Positions 32,843-46,355 of a DNA stretch of 64,000 nt are shown piece after piece. How positions within the stretch are numbered: position 1 is the stretch's first letter; every line of letters begins with the position of its first letter. The notes under the pieces are model-generated. The model was not told the origin of the DNA. It worked only from the letters and a program-made list of their open reading frames with translations, and did no database searches. The translations under genes and the position numbers were made by a program. This DNA is from Nitrospirota bacterium (lineage in GTDB: Bacteria > Nitrospirota > UBA9217): the NCBI GenBank assembly GCA_963796285.1, contig CAWCKW010000012.1:224001-288000 (forward strand). Reading direction: 5' to 3'.

Positions 32843-34355
32843 GTGACGAATAAAGAAAAAATAAAAGAACCATTCGATAAGAAAAAGCAAAAAGCAGAGG
32901 ATAAACTCCGCGAAACGGAACTCCTCTATCAGGCCTTATTCAAGCAATCTCCTGACGGCATTTTAGTCATTGACACGAATGGGAATTTCGTTGAATTCAA
33001 TGAAGCCGCCCATCGCCAGCTTGGCTACACAAGAGAAGAATTTAAGGGACTTCGGATCTCCGACATAGACCCATTTCAAGGGCCTGAAGAAATACAAACC
33101 ACTATCAAGGACGTTTTAGAAAAAGGGAGCGCTGAATTTGAAGTCAAGCATAGAACGAAAGAAGGAGAGATAAGGAATGTTTACGTCATAACTCAATTGG
33201 TGGTTCTGTCCGGCCGCACATTATTCCATACCATATGGAGAGATGTCACCGAGCGCCAACGCGCGGAAGAGGAACGCGCTCGTCTTGTTTTGGCAATTGA
33301 GTCGGCCGCTGATGCTATTGTCATGACCGACGCCATAGGAAGCATAAAGTATGTCAACCCGGCGTTCGAGAGAATCACGGGCTACACCAAAGACGAAGCC
33401 CTGGGGCGCGATCTGCACATCGTGGAAAGCGGAAAACATGACGAAGCGTTTTACCGTGAGCTCCGGGAGACACTGACACGCCACGGCGTGTGGACGGGCC
33501 GTCTCGTGAACAAAAAGAAAGACGGCACCCTGTATCAGGAGGACTGTACCTATGCGCTGGTGAAAAATCAGTCGGGTGAGGTCATCAACTACGTCTCCAT
33601 CAAACGCGACGTGACCGAGAAAATCAAGCTTGAGTCCGTGGCCCAAGCCGTGGACATGATGAACAACATCGGCAGCATTTTTTCCGGGGTCAGGCACGAA
33701 ATCAGCAATCCCGTCAACAACATTGCCATGATCTTAGGCATTCTCAAGGAAAAGTATGAGAAGCTTGAGAGGTCCGCCATCAGAGATTATATCGATCGTT
33801 CCTTGAATGAGGTATCCAAGGTAGAATATCTTCTCGAAGGTTTAAGAAACTTCAATATGTACGAAAAACTCGAACTTCAGTACATCCGGTTGCCGGATTT
33901 CCTGGAGATTTTTCTTGCAGTGGTGAGATGAATATCTCAAAGACAGAGGCATCGAGATCACGACATCGGTCGAACCGGAAGCGGAGCTATGTTATACCGA
34001 TCCGCGCGCTTTGCATCAGGTTTTATTGAACATCCTTACGAATGCAGTCGATGCCTTGGATGGTCGGAAAAATCCAAGCGTGGCTCTCAGCGTCTCAAAA
34101 AAATATAATATGATCCACATACGGGTGGCGGACAACGGCTGCGGTATCGAAGAGGAAATGCGGAAAGACCTCTTCAAACCCTTCTACACTACCAAGGCCC
34201 GAGGGACGGGCCTCGGCCTCATGATCGCCAGGAAGATGCTCACCATGATCAACGGTGATATAGAGATAACAAGTCATAAAGATATCGGGACAACCGTGGA
34301 CATTGCCATCCCGGAGGGAAGAACAGAGGAACAAACCGACAAAACATGGGATTAA
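32843..34355 (+). CDS. Cytoplasmic PAS-PAS histidine kinase, frameshift near 33930
   Basis: Two PAS domains, RHEISNP H-box, NAVDA, DNGCG, GTGLGL. Confidence 0.88.
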
Positions 34356-34578
34356 GGACGTAGAAGGGGGAAATGCACAGGGTCGCTTCCGCTTTTGCAC
34401 TATGGCCCCATGATGGGAATCATGTTTGGTTGAAACCTAGACCTTTATACGGGTATCCAATGTGTGTGTGACAGGGAGTATCTGTTGACTGAAAACGATG
34501 TCATAAAGGGCATGATATAAAGAGTAATAGGTGTTCATCTGATGAGGCGATTCTCCCTGGAAGGTTTTATTGAAAGGA

Positions 34579-34647
34579 CTGGCAGATTTGCCGGATTGGG
34601 TGGAAGCGTTCCGTTGGAACGGCGGTCGAATTCAATCGGAACGTATA
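34579..34647. mobile_element. Possible IS21-type terminal remnant
   Basis: Three degenerate ~22-nt units (TGGCAGATTTGCCGGATTGGG / TGGAAGCGTTCCGTTGGAACGG / CGGTCGAATTCAATCGGAAC); no transposase. Confidence 0.3.
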
Positions 34648-34688
34648 TTAGCCAATCACCAGAACCTGCAAGCCGGGTTTTCGCTTTT

Positions 34689-38204
<3,516 letters not shown>

Positions 38205-38218
38205 AGTGGTAAGGAAAG

Positions 38219-38291
38219 CTCCAAATTCCAATGAGTTCAAAATTTAAATATTTGGATTTGGCCAGTATTTGGAATTTCGGATTTCGAATTT
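38219..38291. repeat. Heptamer-like inverted-repeat element between tRNA-Cys and dnaE
   Basis: TCCAAATTCCAA...ATTTGGATTTGG...ATTTGGAATTTCGGATTTCGAATTT. Confidence 0.55.
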
Positions 38292-38312
38292 ATTCCCGCA
38301 AGGCGGGAAAAC

Positions 38313-38388
38313 TGGAGGCGGCGATCGGATTTGAACCGATGAATGAAGGTTTTGCAGACCTCTGCCTTAGCCACTTGGCTACGCCGCC
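38313..38388 (-). tRNA. tRNA-Cys (GCA)
   Basis: GGCGGCGTAGCCAAGTGGCTAAGGCAGAGGTCTGCAAAACCTTCATTCATCGGTTCAAATCCGATCGCCGCCTCCA: 76 nt, cloverleaf, encoded CCA. Confidence 0.97.
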
Positions 38389-38647
38389 ACTTGTATGTAA
38401 TGAGATGAAAAAAGATGAAGGAGTGAGTCGGGAGTTACAAGATATTCGATGAACTATAACTCAAAACTCAGAACTTCAAGCGCTGTACTCTGAACAAGGG
38501 CTGTATGGCACGAACATGCGGGATATTAAGGTAAAACAGACATGAAGTCAAGTTCAAAAAAAGAGGTTATTTTTTTTCGTTCATATGTAGAACGAATGAA
38601 CCTTTGTGGTTGCACTTCTGACCTGTTACGTCGTACACATATCGGGA

Positions 38648-39058
38648 TCAATGCACGTTCTTATCGTTTATATGCTGGAGGGTGAGGGGAATGATGCCTG
38701 CCCGCTCCCCATCGATGAGCGTCTCGACCCAGTACGTACCGGGGACAGTGAACTGTGTGTTGAACCGGACCGATATGTCGCGGTGACGCTGGCTTTCGTT
38801 GAAAAGGCTTATTTTTGTTTCCGATTCCGAGAGGACCTGCTTCTGGTCAGGGGCGAGAAGCCTGATCCTGGACAGAAAATCTCCTTTGCCGCTGGTCCAT
38901 TCGTTCACGATGGCAAAACGATAGTGCAGGGCGGGAAAGGTATTCGCGAAAATGCTCTCGAACAGTCCCATGAAGCTGAATTTACCGCCCATCTCCTGAC
39001 GTACGTCGTCGCAAAGGAGTGTATAGTTTAATCTGGGCTTGATCTTCTTGTCCGCCAT
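38648..39058 (-). CDS. Conserved hypothetical protein (DUF6941-like)
   Basis: LLCDDVRQEMGGKFSFMGLF, FTVPGTYWVE. Confidence 0.65.
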   Translation of the reverse strand: MADKKIKPRLNYTLLCDDVRQEMGGKFSFMGLFESIFANTFPALHYRFAIVNEWTSGKGDFLSRIRLLAPDQKQVLSESETKISLFNESQRHRDISVRFNTQFTVPGTYWVETLIDGERAGIIPLTLQHINDKNVH

Positions 39059-39336
39059 GCGGACACCTTAACATACAATAACGAGGAACGTCAATCTGTT
39101 TTTCACCAGTGATTATCAGCAACCCTATGCGTGAAATATTACAGACCCTCCAATCAAAAGAAAGTGCGATTTTTTTGAATTGATAATCTGGGTGAGCGTT
39201 GTTTAAGGTAAATACCATTAAGTATGATAAATCATCATATTAGACTCGTTTTTTCGAGAGAGGTGATTATTATTTATTTTTGTTGTCAAAAGGTGGTTTT
39301 TATTGATATATTCATAACCGACGCGTTCAAGAAAGG

Positions 39337-41262
39337 GTGGCAGGAATCATGGTGGAACAAAAGCTTACGACAAGAAAAAAATACCTCATAAAGATTGCCG
39401 CGTTTTTGATCTTCCTGTTGCAACTCCTTTCGAAGTTTACTCCTGCTTCAGCGCAAACCGCTGAAGAAAAGAATTTCCTGCTGATGTATTTCAAGGAGGA
39501 GGAACTTGTGGTGGAATCACCCACCAGGAGCCCGAAGCCCGTTTCCCAGGTCGCGGAGAACGTCACGGTCGTTACGGCCGCGGACATTGAGCTCATGAAC
39601 GCGCATACGCTCGCGGACGTGCTGAATACCGTCACCGGGGTCCAGGTATTCATGAACGGAGGACCCGGCCAAGCAGCATATGGGTATATCCAGGGCTCCG
39701 AGCAGAGACACGTTGCGGTCTTCATCGATGGTGTTTCCTTAAACAATCTCGGATCAGAGAACGTGGAACTCGGGATGGTCCCGGTCCAGAACATCGAGAA
39801 GATCGAGATCATCAAAGGACCTGCATCCTCAGCGTGGGGCTCGGCCCTCGGGGGCGTGGTGAACATCATCACCAAGTCGGGAAGCATGGACAATCAGGGC
39901 GGGACGCTCTCCGCATCTTACGGGACAAAAAATACAGACGATTTCCGGGCCGAGGCACGGGGCAAACAGGACAAGGTTGGTTATTATATCACTGCCGGGA
40001 GGCTCCAGTCGGATGGCCTGACAACGCACATGGGCGTCGGCGAAAATAACGGCTATGCGAAACTGACTTATGATTTTACCGAGAAGACCAACATTCTTTT
40101 CACCTTTGGGTATGAGAAAACTTCCCGAGACACGGGGGAATACGCGCCATACGATTTGTCCTTTCACAATACCTGGGAAAGCATTTTTTCATCTCTTGCG
40201 ATCAATTCCGCGATCAGCAAGGACATGGAGCTGGATGTTTCCGTCCGGACGATTCGCCAGGACTATATTAATGATACTTCCACGCTGAGTTCCGGCCTCT
40301 TACTATCGCCGTCGGAGCACGATGCTGATAAGGGATATGGCGCGAGTGCAAAACTCACCTATAAAAACACGTTCCAGACGATCGTGCTCGGCGCGGACTA
40401 TGATGATCAGAAGCTGACATCAAACCTCATAGCGGAGGGCGAACAGGGGATGAAAAAATGGGCCGTGTTCCTGAACGATACCCTGCTATTCAACAAGCTC
40501 GCAATAACGCCCGGCCTCCGGTATGAAAAAACAGATACGAGCGGAGATTCGGCTAGCCCGAGCCTGGGCATGACCTACAGCCTTGCGAACAGCACCATTC
40601 TCAGGGCATACGCGGCAAAAGGCTTCAACATCCCGTCTTTGGGAGATAGATTTGGAGACATCGCGTCATTTTATGTCGCAAATCCCGATTTGAAGGCTGA
40701 GACGGTCTGGTCGTATCAGGCGGGTGTTGAGACCGCTGCCCTGAAATACCTCTGGCTAAAGATGTCGGCATTCAGAAACGAAATACGTGATGCCCTCACT
40801 ACTGAACCTACCTCAACCGCGGGCACCCAGTTTACCTATGTAAATAAAGGGAGGCAGAGGCGCCAGGGCTTCGAGGTCGAGGCGAAGACTGTCCCTGTTT
40901 ACCATTTTTCTCTTTCCGCTGGCGCGGAAATCATCGACGCGAAAGACCTTGACACAGGCGAGAGAGTAACGGACATTCCGACCCGTGTATATGACCTGGG
41001 CCTTCATTACAATGACGAACATACGTTCAAGGCCCTTCTCCAGGGCCGCTATATTGACTGGAATGATCAGACACAGCTTAAGGGGGAATATGGTTCCTTT
41101 GTGTTCGATCTTAGTATGATCAAAAAGATCCTGGAGCGCAAGGACGCCTCTTTGGAGGCCTTTGCGAATGTTCATAACATATTTAACGGAAAACAGTATA
41201 TATTATCGGTCTACAAAAACCCAGAACGGTGGTTCGAAGGGGGAATACGATATAAGTTTTAA
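39337..41262 (+). CDS. TonB-dependent receptor
   Basis: Plug motifs VTVVTAADIE and IEKIEIIKGPASSAWGSALGGVVNIIT; NPDLKAE; C-terminal GIRYKF. Confidence 0.93.
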   Translation: MAGIMVEQKLTTRKKYLIKIAAFLIFLLQLLSKFTPASAQTAEEKNFLLMYFKEEELVVESPTRSPKPVSQVAENVTVVTAADIELMNAHTLADVLNTVTGVQVFMNGGPGQAAYGYIQGSEQRHVAVFIDGVSLNNLGSENVELGMVPVQNIEKIEIIKGPASSAWGSALGGVVNIITKSGSMDNQGGTLSASYGTKNTDDFRAEARGKQDKVGYYITAGRLQSDGLTTHMGVGENNGYAKLTYDFTEKTNILFTFGYEKTSRDTGEYAPYDLSFHNTWESIFSSLAINSAISKDMELDVSVRTIRQDYINDTSTLSSGLLLSPSEHDADKGYGASAKLTYKNTFQTIVLGADYDDQKLTSNLIAEGEQGMKKWAVFLNDTLLFNKLAITPGLRYEKTDTSGDSASPSLGMTYSLANSTILRAYAAKGFNIPSLGDRFGDIASFYVANPDLKAETVWSYQAGVETAALKYLWLKMSAFRNEIRDALTTEPTSTAGTQFTYVNKGRQRRQGFEVEAKTVPVYHFSLSAGAEIIDAKDLDTGERVTDIPTRVYDLGLHYNDEHTFKALLQGRYIDWNDQTQLKGEYGSFVFDLSMIKKILERKDASLEAFANVHNIFNGKQYILSVYKNPERWFEGGIRYKF

Positions 41263-41413
41263 CCTGTAGACAAACACCCGCATCGGCGGACGCCCCTTTC
41301 ACTTTTTTAGATGTCATTCTTGAAATATTTTATCAGGAACTCGGTTTATTAAAACCATAGCCCCGATAGAAGCGCTCGGGGAAGATGAAAAGAGAGGAAA
41401 GGGGGTGAGGTGA

Positions 41414-41569
41414 ATGGCGGTCAAGAAAAAAGCAACTAAGAAAAAAGCTACCAAGAAGAAGGCGACGAAGAAGAAGGCAACAAAAAAGAAAGCTGCAAAG
41501 AAGAAAGTTACAAAAAAAGTAGCCCCAAAAGCTTTGTGCTGCAGCTTCGGGCCGACAAGGTTTATCTAA
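41414..41569 (+). CDS. 51-aa Lys-rich Cys-Cys peptide, putative RiPP precursor (geopeptide-like)
   Basis: MAVKKKATKKKATKKKATKKKATKKKAAKKKVTKKVAPKALCCSFGPTRFI*; GGGGGTGAGGTG RBS region; directly upstream of rSAM/SPASM; absent from the ORF track. Confidence 0.85.
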   Translation: MAVKKKATKKKATKKKATKKKATKKKAAKKKVTKKVAPKALCCSFGPTRFI

Positions 41570-41588
41570 CAGCAACTCCAACCTTAAA

Positions 41589-41614
41589 TGAGGGAGGGCA
41601 AGCGCCCTCCCTCA
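41589..41614 (+). terminator. Strong hairpin between precursor and maturase
   Basis: TGAGGGAGGGC-aagc-GCCCTCCCTCA: perfect 11-bp stem, then GAATTTT. Confidence 0.65.
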
Positions 41615-41634
41615 GAATTTTCATTGAGACGTTC

Positions 41635-42935
41635 ATGACCCTTTCCCGATACTGCAAAATATATCGACATCCCGAAGACAAGGGACTCAGAAAACTTTTT
41701 TCAACCAGTACCATGGCCGCGGTGGACGTTACGCCCGAAGTGCTTCGGGACATTAAAAAGGGTGCACTCTCTGCGAAAAGTGAAAAGAAAACCCTCAAAG
41801 AACTCGGGTTCCTCGTAAAGAATGCTGAGTCTGAGCAACGAGAGCTGCTCGGTTTCATCGATGATTTCAATGCACAGACTACGTCATTCAGCGCCGTCGT
41901 GGTTCTGAATCTTGACTGCAACCTCGCGTGCAGGTATTGCTTCGAAGGCAAAAGAAAGGGCAAATTCATAACATGTCCGCTGAAACGGCGGACGATTTCG
42001 TGGATTTTGTAAGGATCCCGTGATCTCAAGGGCAAGGATGAGATCAATGTCGTCTTTTACGGCGGCGAACCGCTCCTCAGCATGGACACGATTCTCCGCA
42101 TCTCCGAAGAAGATGACGCGTTGTTGCCGATAAAAAGAAGCTGAAATATTAGTTTTGCCTTAATAACCAACGGCACGCTTCTTACCAGGCGCACTGTGGA
42201 AGAAATTGTTGCCCCTCGGCCTTACGACCGCCGGAATGACCCTCGACGGTCCCCGTGAGGTGCACGACCTCTTCAGACCCTTCAAGACCGGCAAAGGCTC
42301 CTTCGATGTTATCGTAAAAAATATTCAGGACGTATGTTCTTTGATCGACGTGCAGGTAGGTGGAAATTATACCAAGGACCATTACTAGGGAATTTCCTCT
42401 GCTGCTCGATCATTTTGCCGAGAAAGGCATAAGTCCCGACAAGATTTCCTCAGTTGATTTCAATCCCGTAATCAATGAACACAATGAATTCGCTCCGCCC
42501 GATTTTCATGACGGTTGCATGTCGACAAATGAGCCGTGGCTGTCCGAGGCGACCGTTTTCCTGAGGGAAGAAACATTGAAACGAGGCTTTCACACGCGTG
42601 CACTCATGCCCTCGGTTTGCGCCATAGAGCGGCCCAACAGCATCATTGTCAATTACGACGGCACGTTGTATAAGTGCCCGGGGCTGCTCGGGAGAAAGGA
42701 CTTCTGTGTCGGCGATCTGACGAATGGAATCATTGATTACAGCGCGTCACACTCGCTCGACAACTGGAAAAATGAAAAATGCCTCTCATGCAGTTATCTG
42801 CCGCTCTGTTTCGGCGGATGCAGATATATGAAACTCGTGCGCGACGGTCATATGCAGGGCGTCGATTGCAAAAAACAATATCTCGACGTGATTCTCGAGG
42901 AACTTGTCCTGCAGGACATTACCTACGATCTTTAA
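41635..42935 (+). CDS. Radical SAM/SPASM peptide maturase (geopeptide-maturase-like), multiple frameshifts
   Basis: MTLSRYCKIY, CNLACRYC, FYGGEPLL, ITNGTLL, TLDGP; SPASM C..GTLYKC..CLSCSYLPLCFGGC..C. Confidence 0.88.
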
Positions 42936-43072
42936 GAAATCCCAAATATGAAGCGATATTTTCATCCCATAGTTCAAGAGCAAATGTCTTACGCAGGTTA
43001 AGAAGATTTAAATTTAGCTCCTGGGTATTATTTGTAAATCGGGCCTTGAGAGTTGGTTTATAATTATCCTCC

Positions 43073-43993
43073 GTGTATACCCTATTCCGACATATTCGAG
43101 CACGATCCCGAAATCTATTCCTTGCCACAGCCGCGTTCGCGGCGTTCGCAGCCAGCTGTCCTGTACCCGCTGAATCGTTCGAGTTAGTCGTCGTTAAAAA
43201 TGCCGATTTGAAACCGTATCAGGATGTGCTCCGTGGCATCAAGGATTCCTGCAGCTGCACTGTGAGGGAATTAAAACTTCCTGAAGATGAAGGTGTGGAG
43301 AAGATACTGAAAGCTTCCCCGAACGCGGTCCTCGCAATCGGGACGAGCGTGTTCAAAAAGGTCAAGGAGATTAAAGGCCTTCCGGTGATTTACACCATGG
43401 TGATGCCGTCGGAGACCGCCGGTCCGCTGCGCCCGAACATCTCCGGCGTGAGCATGGACAGTGACCCCGCAGAATCCATCGCCGCCATAATGGGGGTGTT
43501 TTCCAAGGCTAAGAGTATCGGGATCGTATATGATCCGCACTACACTGCGGCGCTCGTGGAAGAGGCGGTAAAAGCCGCAGCATCCGCGGGAATCGATCTG
43601 GTGGTAAAGCAGGCGCATGACCAGCGTGAAATACCTCGTCTTTTGGATGAGTTGCGCGGCAGGATCGATGTCCTCTGGATGCTGCCTGACCCGACCGTGA
43701 TCAATACCGCAATGGTCGATTATCTGCTCAATTTTTCCTTTCAGTACAATGTGCCGATCTTCTCCTTTTCCAATAAATATGTCGAGATGGGGGCCGTGGC
43801 GGCCCTGGTTGCGGACCCCTATAATATGGGGGTGCAGGCGGGCGAAATCGTCAACAGGCTGTCAGCCGGCCGGTCGAACGCAACGAGAGCATATGCGAGA
43901 ACATCTCACCTCACGATAAACACAAAGGTGGCAGCAAAGATGGGTCTTAAGATCAAGGACGAAATACTCAGGAGGGCGAATATCTTTGAGTAG
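43073..43993 (+). CDS. Periplasmic ABC-type substrate-binding protein with no transporter nearby
   Basis: Signal peptide; IGIVYDP, DVLWMLPDPTV, YVEMGA, LTINTKVAAKMG. Confidence 0.82.
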   Translation: MYTLFRHIRARSRNLFLATAAFAAFAASCPVPAESFELVVVKNADLKPYQDVLRGIKDSCSCTVRELKLPEDEGVEKILKASPNAVLAIGTSVFKKVKEIKGLPVIYTMVMPSETAGPLRPNISGVSMDSDPAESIAAIMGVFSKAKSIGIVYDPHYTAALVEEAVKAAASAGIDLVVKQAHDQREIPRLLDELRGRIDVLWMLPDPTVINTAMVDYLLNFSFQYNVPIFSFSNKYVEMGAVAALVADPYNMGVQAGEIVNRLSAGRSNATRAYARTSHLTINTKVAAKMGLKIKDEILRRANIFE

Positions 43994-45452
43994 ATTAAAA
44001 GAACGCTTCGGCCTCAAGGTGATTTTCTCTTTCGTAGTGGTCATCATCGTCGTGCTGTCGATATTCACCGTGTTCTCAGTTGTCCGTGAAGGAAATAAGG
44101 CGAAAGAAGACCTGAGGGAACAGGGGAACATGCTGGCAGTCCTTCTTTCGCGCAGCCTTATCGTGGGTGTTTTTGCGGAAAACGATAAATTACTGACGGA
44201 TGCGGCGGAGGGCATCATGGGCCTCAAGAATGTCGATTCGGTGACGATTTACAACGCAGATTTAAAAATGCTCAGCGCCGGCGGCAAGACTTCATCCGAA
44301 AAGAATTCGCTTACGGTCCGGAAAACCGGGGTACCTGACGTAAGACGCGTTCAATCGTTGACCATCGTGGAAACGCCGAATGCCTTTGAGTTTATGGAGC
44401 CCATCTTGATCAAATCCGGTTTGAACGAGGACGAGTCGCTGTATTTCGGCCACGGAAACGAGGACAAGACGGAAAAAGTGATAGGATATGTGAGAATCGT
44501 TTTGAGCAAGGACGCCTATCATAAAGAGATTTTGTCCGTAGTTCTCCGAAATGCCGCAATCATGTTGATCTTCATCTCTTCAAGCATCGTCATCATCTAT
44601 TTTGCGGTAAAAAAGGTCACCCGGCCGCTCGATACGTTGACCAGGAGCGTGAAGGCCCTCGAAAAGGGGATGCGCGTCGAACAGATGCCGGTTGAGACCG
44701 AGGATGAGATAGGAAACCTTGCTTCGGCCTTTAATGCCATGATCATCGCGCGAGGCCTGGCCGAGGAATCGCTGCGCTCCATGGTTTCGGAAATGTCGTT
44801 GATGGAATCGCGGATCGAGGAACGGGAACGACATCTTATCGCAGCGGATCTTCACGATTTTGTCGGGCAAAACCTCGCGGTGCTGTTGTTCAAGTTGGCT
44901 GCGTTGCGGAAAATGCTCTCTTCTCCGGAGGTTATCCATCAAGTGGAGGAACTACGTGAACTCATCGGGAAAACCATCCAGTATACGAGGTCGCTGACGG
45001 TTGAACTCAGCCCTCCCATTTTGTCCGAAATCGGATTTTTGGCCGCTGTAGAGTCTCTTGCCGAGGGAATCCAAAAAACGCACGGGATACGGATCAGTAT
45101 CTCGGATGACGGTCAACTCAAACAGGCCGATGACGAAACTCGATATCTCCTCTTCAGGATCGTCCGTGAACTCCTGATGAATATCGTAAAACACGCGCAG
45201 GCGAGTTCAGTAAAAATAAGTCTCGCCAGAAACGAAGACATCATGCATATTGCCGTTGAAGACAACGGCATCGGATTCGACACGGAAAAGGGTGCCGGAA
45301 GGAACAGTGGATTTGGACTGTTTACGATCCGCGAGCGGTTGAAACGATTGGGAGGATATTTCGCGGTTGATTCCAGGCCTGGTTTTGGAACGAAGGTGAT
45401 CCTGTCTGTTCCGCTCAAATCAAAACCGGGTGATCAGAAAGGGATAGTATGA
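43986..45452 (+). CDS. Membrane HAMP histidine kinase (HisKA_3 / NarX-like)
   Basis: Two TMs, HAMP DEIGNLASAFNAM, ERHLIAADLHDFVGQ, EDNGIGF, GFGLFTIRER. Confidence 0.92.
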   Translation: MSRLKERFGLKVIFSFVVVIIVVLSIFTVFSVVREGNKAKEDLREQGNMLAVLLSRSLIVGVFAENDKLLTDAAEGIMGLKNVDSVTIYNADLKMLSAGGKTSSEKNSLTVRKTGVPDVRRVQSLTIVETPNAFEFMEPILIKSGLNEDESLYFGHGNEDKTEKVIGYVRIVLSKDAYHKEILSVVLRNAAIMLIFISSSIVIIYFAVKKVTRPLDTLTRSVKALEKGMRVEQMPVETEDEIGNLASAFNAMIIARGLAEESLRSMVSEMSLMESRIEERERHLIAADLHDFVGQNLAVLLFKLAALRKMLSSPEVIHQVEELRELIGKTIQYTRSLTVELSPPILSEIGFLAAVESLAEGIQKTHGIRISISDDGQLKQADDETRYLLFRIVRELLMNIVKHAQASSVKISLARNEDIMHIAVEDNGIGFDTEKGAGRNSGFGLFTIRERLKRLGGYFAVDSRPGFGTKVILSVPLKSKPGDQKGIV

Positions 45453-46093
45453 GCATAAGAATTCTTCTTACCGATGATCACAAACTTCTGCGCGAGGGTC
45501 TGCATGCATTGATCGAAGAACAGCCGGACATGACCGTTATTGCGGAGGCAGAAGACGGAAGATCCACTGTGCAGCTTGCCGCAAAGCTGAAGCCCGATAT
45601 CATTGTGATGGACATCTCCATGCCTGGCATGAATGGAATGGAAGCCACCCGCCAAATCCTGTCCAAAAACCCCGGCATCAAGGTGCTTGCACTTTCAATG
45701 CATACTGACAGGCGGTTCATTGTAGAGATGCTCAGTGCGGGTGCCTCCGGTTATCTCTTGAAAGATTGCGCTTTTGAGGAATTGATCTGCGCCCTGCACG
45801 CCCTGGCCGATCAGAGAACGTATCTCAGCCCGAAGATCTGCGATCTGGTGGTCAAAGATTATGCTTGCCGCAACTCAAAATCGACGTTATCGTCCTCTGT
45901 TCTGTCGGCAAGAGAGCGTGAAGTGCTGCAGCTTCTGGCCGAGGGCAAATCCACCCGGAAAATTGCATCCATCCTCCATGTAGGCATGAAGACCGTTGAA
46001 ACCTACCGCCAACAAATCATGGAGAAGCTCGACATCCACACCATCGCAGAACTTACCAAGTTTGCCATCCGCGAAGGTCTCACCTCCCTGTAA
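45449..46093 (+). CDS. NarL/FixJ-family response regulator
   Basis: REC (DDH, MDISMP) plus LuxR HTH (LSAREREVLQLLAEG). Confidence 0.95.
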   Translation: MSIRILLTDDHKLLREGLHALIEEQPDMTVIAEAEDGRSTVQLAAKLKPDIIVMDISMPGMNGMEATRQILSKNPGIKVLALSMHTDRRFIVEMLSAGASGYLLKDCAFEELICALHALADQRTYLSPKICDLVVKDYACRNSKSTLSSSVLSAREREVLQLLAEGKSTRKIASILHVGMKTVETYRQQIMEKLDIHTIAELTKFAIREGLTSL

Positions 46094-46171
46094 AGAAGGG
46101 GCGTATCGGCATACGGTCCCTGCACCCCCGGCATCCATTATCCATCGGCTATCAGGAAAAACGAGGCTGAA

Positions 46172-46190
46172 AATCAGGGAATCCCTGATT
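46172..46190. promoter_or_regulatory. Palindromic operator candidate
   Basis: AATCAGGGA-A-TCCCTGATT, perfect 9-1-9; extra ATCAGG half-site at 46151. Confidence 0.55.
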
Positions 46191-46355
46191 GTTATTTTCC
46201 GTATTCTCTGCTATTAAACTTAAAAGGCAGTTGGCTGAAAATTTGCCCCATGAGAGATGATTACGCTCTAACGGGGTAAACGCAGATAACCGTCGATAAA
46301 GCATAGTGAATAGCTCATTTCAGAGAGTAATCCTTTTAAATGGAGCGAGGAGAAT

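Noticed and set aside
38313-38388. Island integrated at tRNA-Cys
   Set aside because: The tRNA 3' end faces dnaE; no integrase or att duplication was seen.
39060-39340. Cobalamin riboswitch or Fur box upstream of the TonB receptor
   Set aside because: No B12-box is visible. The TATGAT-N5-ATCATA palindrome at 39223-39239 is too short in AT-rich DNA to call.
41333-41581. 82-aa minus-strand Phe/Leu/Cys-rich ORF
   Set aside because: Antisense shadow of the Lys-rich peptide, which has the RBS and the operon orientation.
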